A stretch of DNA of 63,987 bases, filler included, from Octopus bimaculoides (Eukaryota): NCBI RefSeq assembly GCF_001194135.2. It is 6 parts of 6 records of this genome, joined end to end, with 100 filler letters (N's around TTAATTAATTAA, not from the genome) between each part and the next. Parts side by side here need not be neighbours in the genome. Positions count along the whole stretch, not along the records: positions 50,613 to 62,142 come from NC_068988.1; positions 62,243 to 63,987 come from NW_026406385.1; 4 more parts are not named here. One strand, given 5' to 3'. Under the pieces are notes generated by a model that saw only the letters and a list, made by a program, of their open reading frames with translations, did no database searches and was not told where the DNA came from. Made by a program: the position numbers and the translations under genes. Of the stretch, positions 60,889-63,987 are shown in pieces. The first letter of the stretch is position 1. Every line of letters begins with the position of its first letter.

Positions 60889-61636
60889 CAGGGGTTGAAC
60901 AAAATAATGGAAACACCTTAAAATTTCAAACAAATTTATTTTAATATGGGGTAGGACCACCTTTGGCAGTAATTACAGCTTGAATTCTACGAGGTATGGA
61001 TTCATACAAAGTTTGAATTGTTTCCAAATGAATTTTTGTCCATTCTTCAGCCAGAACAGTCTCCAGTTCTTGTAATGATGATGGTGGAAGATATCGACTC
61101 CTTACTTGTTTTTCTAAAATGCACCATAAATGTTCAATAATATTGAGATCTGGGGATTGTAGTGGCCAGATAAGATGTTCAACTTCACTAGAATGTTCCT
61201 CGTGTCATTCAGTGACAACTTTTGCTGTGTGGACTGGTGCATTATCATACTGAAAAATTGCATTTCCCTCCGGAAACAGTTCTGCAACCATAGGATTAAT
61301 TTGATCAGATAAAATGCTTAAATAGTCTTCACTATTAATTCTGCCATGAAGGGAAACTATTGGGCCGGCGGATTTCCAAGATATCGCCCCGTAGATCATC
61401 ACAGATCCTCCTCCATGTTTAACAGTTGGAAGAAGGCAGTCTGGGTCAAATGCTTCTTTTGGCTGTCTCCACATGTATACTTGGTGGTGGTCGGAAATAA
61501 GGTAAAGGATGACTCGTCCGAGAAAATAACATTCTTTCACTGCTCTAGGCACCAATTTTGTAGGTTTTTACTCCATTCTAAATGCTCTGCAACGTTTGTT
61601 TTCGAAAGTAGTAGTTTTCTGATTGCAACCCTCCCG
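60889..61636 (-). mobile_element. Tc1/mariner DNA transposon remnant (3' half), DD36E type
   Basis: TA followed by TIR-like CAGGGGTTGAACAAAATAATGGAAACACC at 60889. Transposase motifs: VIFSDESSF (D at 61516-18), PTVKHGGGSVM, FQYDNAPVH (D at 61244-46), WPLQSPDLNIIEHLW (E at 61133-35), C-terminal KGGPTPY* (stop 60941-43). Internal TGA at 61205-07. Left end missing. Confidence 0.9.
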
Positions 61637-61702
61637 TGAAATCCGGCTTTGTGCGTACACACACATACACATACACACACACATATATATATATCTGTAA
61701 TT

Positions 61703-62084
61703 TGGCATTTCGTCGGTTACGACGACGAGTGTTCCAGTTGATCTGATCAACGGAACAGCTTGCTCTTGAAATTAACGTGCAAGTGGCTGAGCACTCCACA
61801 GACAAGTGTACCCTTAACGTAGTTCTCGGGGAGATTCTGTGTGACACAGAGTGTGACAAGGCTGACCCTTTGAATTACAGGCACAACATAAAAAAGGAAG
61901 AAAGAGTGAGAGAAAGTTGTGGTGAAAGAGTACAACAGGGTTCACCATTACCCCCTGCCGGAGCCCCGTGGAGCTTTAGGTGTTTTTCGCTCAATAAACA
62001 CTCACAACGCCCAGTCTGGAAATCGAAACCGCGATCCTAAGACCGCGAGTCCGTTGCCCTAACCACTGGGCCATTGCGCCTCCA
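61703..62084 (-). mobile_element. tRNA-derived SINE family E, full length
   Basis: Head TGGAGGCGCAATGGCCCAGTGGTTAGGG (A-box)...GACTCGCGGTC (TCG-centred, tRNA-Arg-like by inference)...GGTTTCGATTTCC (B-box). Confidence 0.85.
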
Positions 62085-62092
62085 CATATACA

Positions 62093-62142
<50 letters not shown>

Positions 62143-62186
62143 NNNNNNNNNNNNNNNNNNNNNNNNNNNNNNNNNNNNNNNNNNNN

Positions 62187-62198
62187 TTAATTAATTAA
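62187..62198. other. Assembly linker
   Basis: Same pattern. Confidence 0.93.
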
Positions 62199-62776
62199 NN
62201 NNNNNNNNNNNNNNNNNNNNNNNNNNNNNNNNNNNNNNNNNNATATATACATGCACACATACATATATATATGTATATATATATTTATGTGTATGTATGC
62301 ATATGGGCATGTGTGTGTATGTATATGAATGACTGTTGTGCGAGCATGATTGTATATGTATGCATGTATGAATGTATGTATGTATGTATGTATGCGTATG
62401 TTAGCAGACGGGTTTAACATATTGCTAATGTCCTGTCGTCTTGTCGAAAATGAAAGTGAAAGTGGTCAGTTGTGTTCACGTGACATCGTTGATGGAGTTT
62501 GAGTGTTTGATGTTTGGAACATTGGAAAAGAAGTAAAGAAAAATAAAAACGAACGGAAAGAGAATAAATTAAAAGAAAAAAAAAAAAAGAAACCAAAAAC
62601 AAAGACAAAAACGATAACGGAAATACGACGAAAGCATAACAGCTACAACTCATAAATCTACATGCAGGCAATCGTGGCAGTACCTATGTACGTATATGTA
62701 TATATGTATATATATATATATATACGTATATGTATATATGTATATATATATATATACATATATGTATATATATATG

Positions 62777-62865
<89 letters not shown>

Positions 62866-63054
62866 GCATACGCACACATACACATACACACACACATATA
62901 TATGCATATGTATGTACATGCTTATATATTTATATATACGTCTGTGTATGCTTATAAATATATACACATGCATATGTATATATATTTATGTATATTTTTG
63001 TATGTATGCTCATACGCATATGTATATGCACAAACACTGACTGAATCATGCGGC

Positions 63055-63096
<42 letters not shown>

Positions 63097-63163
63097 GTAA
63101 AATGATGATGAAGATGATGCTAGTAATAATAACGGCTGACAAGTAATACTACAATTATACTAT

Positions 63164-63199
<36 letters not shown>

Positions 63200-63204
63200 C
63201 ACTA

Positions 63205-63253
<49 letters not shown>

Positions 63254-63799
63254 TAATAGATAGAAAAGGAATAAAGATGGTATTTATGTTAGGGACGATC
63301 TCAAATTTTCAAAGGAGGATAGAGGGGTTCGATCCTCGTTCGATTGGTATAGATTTTGCGTTTCACTTGGGAAGACGATGGTAGTGTGTTTCGTCCTCAA
63401 TAGGCTTAGAACTCAAAAGGTGTTAAAGTGACCACTGTTTGGCATAAAATTGCTCCTCAACGCATTTCAGTCTCTGCTCCACCAACACAGAAACACTGTT
63501 TCCTCACTCTGACGTTTTTACCGCTACTGTAGTGGACAGTGCTTTTCCGGACTGCCTGTTGTCTTCTCATGCCATTTTCATCTTCCGGCATGATGCCATC
63601 ACGGTCTAACTCATCACTACTCGTCTCGTCATTGCTATAATACCCTCACCCCGCTACCCTCAACACAGGCCATGTTCAGTTCCAACCTCACCAAGAACGT
63701 CATTCTTCGGCCCATGTTCCCCACCCCTCAACTGATAGCTGCTTAAGTGATACACTAACCGCGTCGATTGTCAATGGTTTCGGAAGGTCTGAGAAGAAC

Positions 63800-63925
63800 T
63801 GGGGGAGTGAGGTGGGACGGGTGGATGGGTTAGTCGATTTCGTTGGGCCCCGAATGGAAGAGAGGCAAAGTCGACCTCAGCGGGATTTGAACTCGGAACG
63901 TTAAGAGCCAGAAGAAATACTACAA
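63800..63925 (-). mobile_element. SINE family B fragment
   Basis: GGCAAAGTCGACCTCAGCGGGATTTGAACTCGGAACG. Confidence 0.72.
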
Positions 63926-63987
63926 GGCATTTTGTTTCTGTCAATAATAATTGTTTCTAGTTTAGCTAGTTTTGAGAGGAGGGGCTA

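Noticed and set aside
62010-62084. tRNA gene (also the SINE heads at 19003 and 20232)
   Set aside because: A and B boxes are present, but there is no complete cloverleaf and the head continues into a multi-copy SINE body.

Overview
Eukaryotic, AT-rich, microsatellite-dense, gappy draft sequence. The SINE families and composition point to an octopod cephalopod (Octopus-like); this is inferred, not proven. Five 100-bp spacers (44 N + TTAATTAATTAA + 44 N, a six-frame stop linker) split the window into six joined assembly pieces, so long-range synteny is uncertain. I can support only one host coding exon: a 132-bp phase 1-1 exon of Dishevelled (start of the DEP domain, 43060-43191, +). The rest is a transposon landscape: at least five SINE families, two Penelope-like elements (PLEs), RTE, L1/Tx1 and CRE-type LINE fragments, a Tc1/mariner remnant with DD36E spacing, a complete non-autonomous Helitron, and hAT and piggyBac-like MITEs. 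The most interesting structure is the 5'-truncated PLE at 52395-53996. Its GIY-YIG region is bracketed by ~206-bp inverted repeats, each carrying a type I hammerhead ribozyme motif. The antisense copy has an intact core; the sense copy has a C-to-A core change. Two more hammerhead-like motifs lie within 1.6 kb. Most long ORFs in the supplied track are artefacts of N-gaps and simple repeats. All family assignments come from motif recognition by eye; no searches were run.
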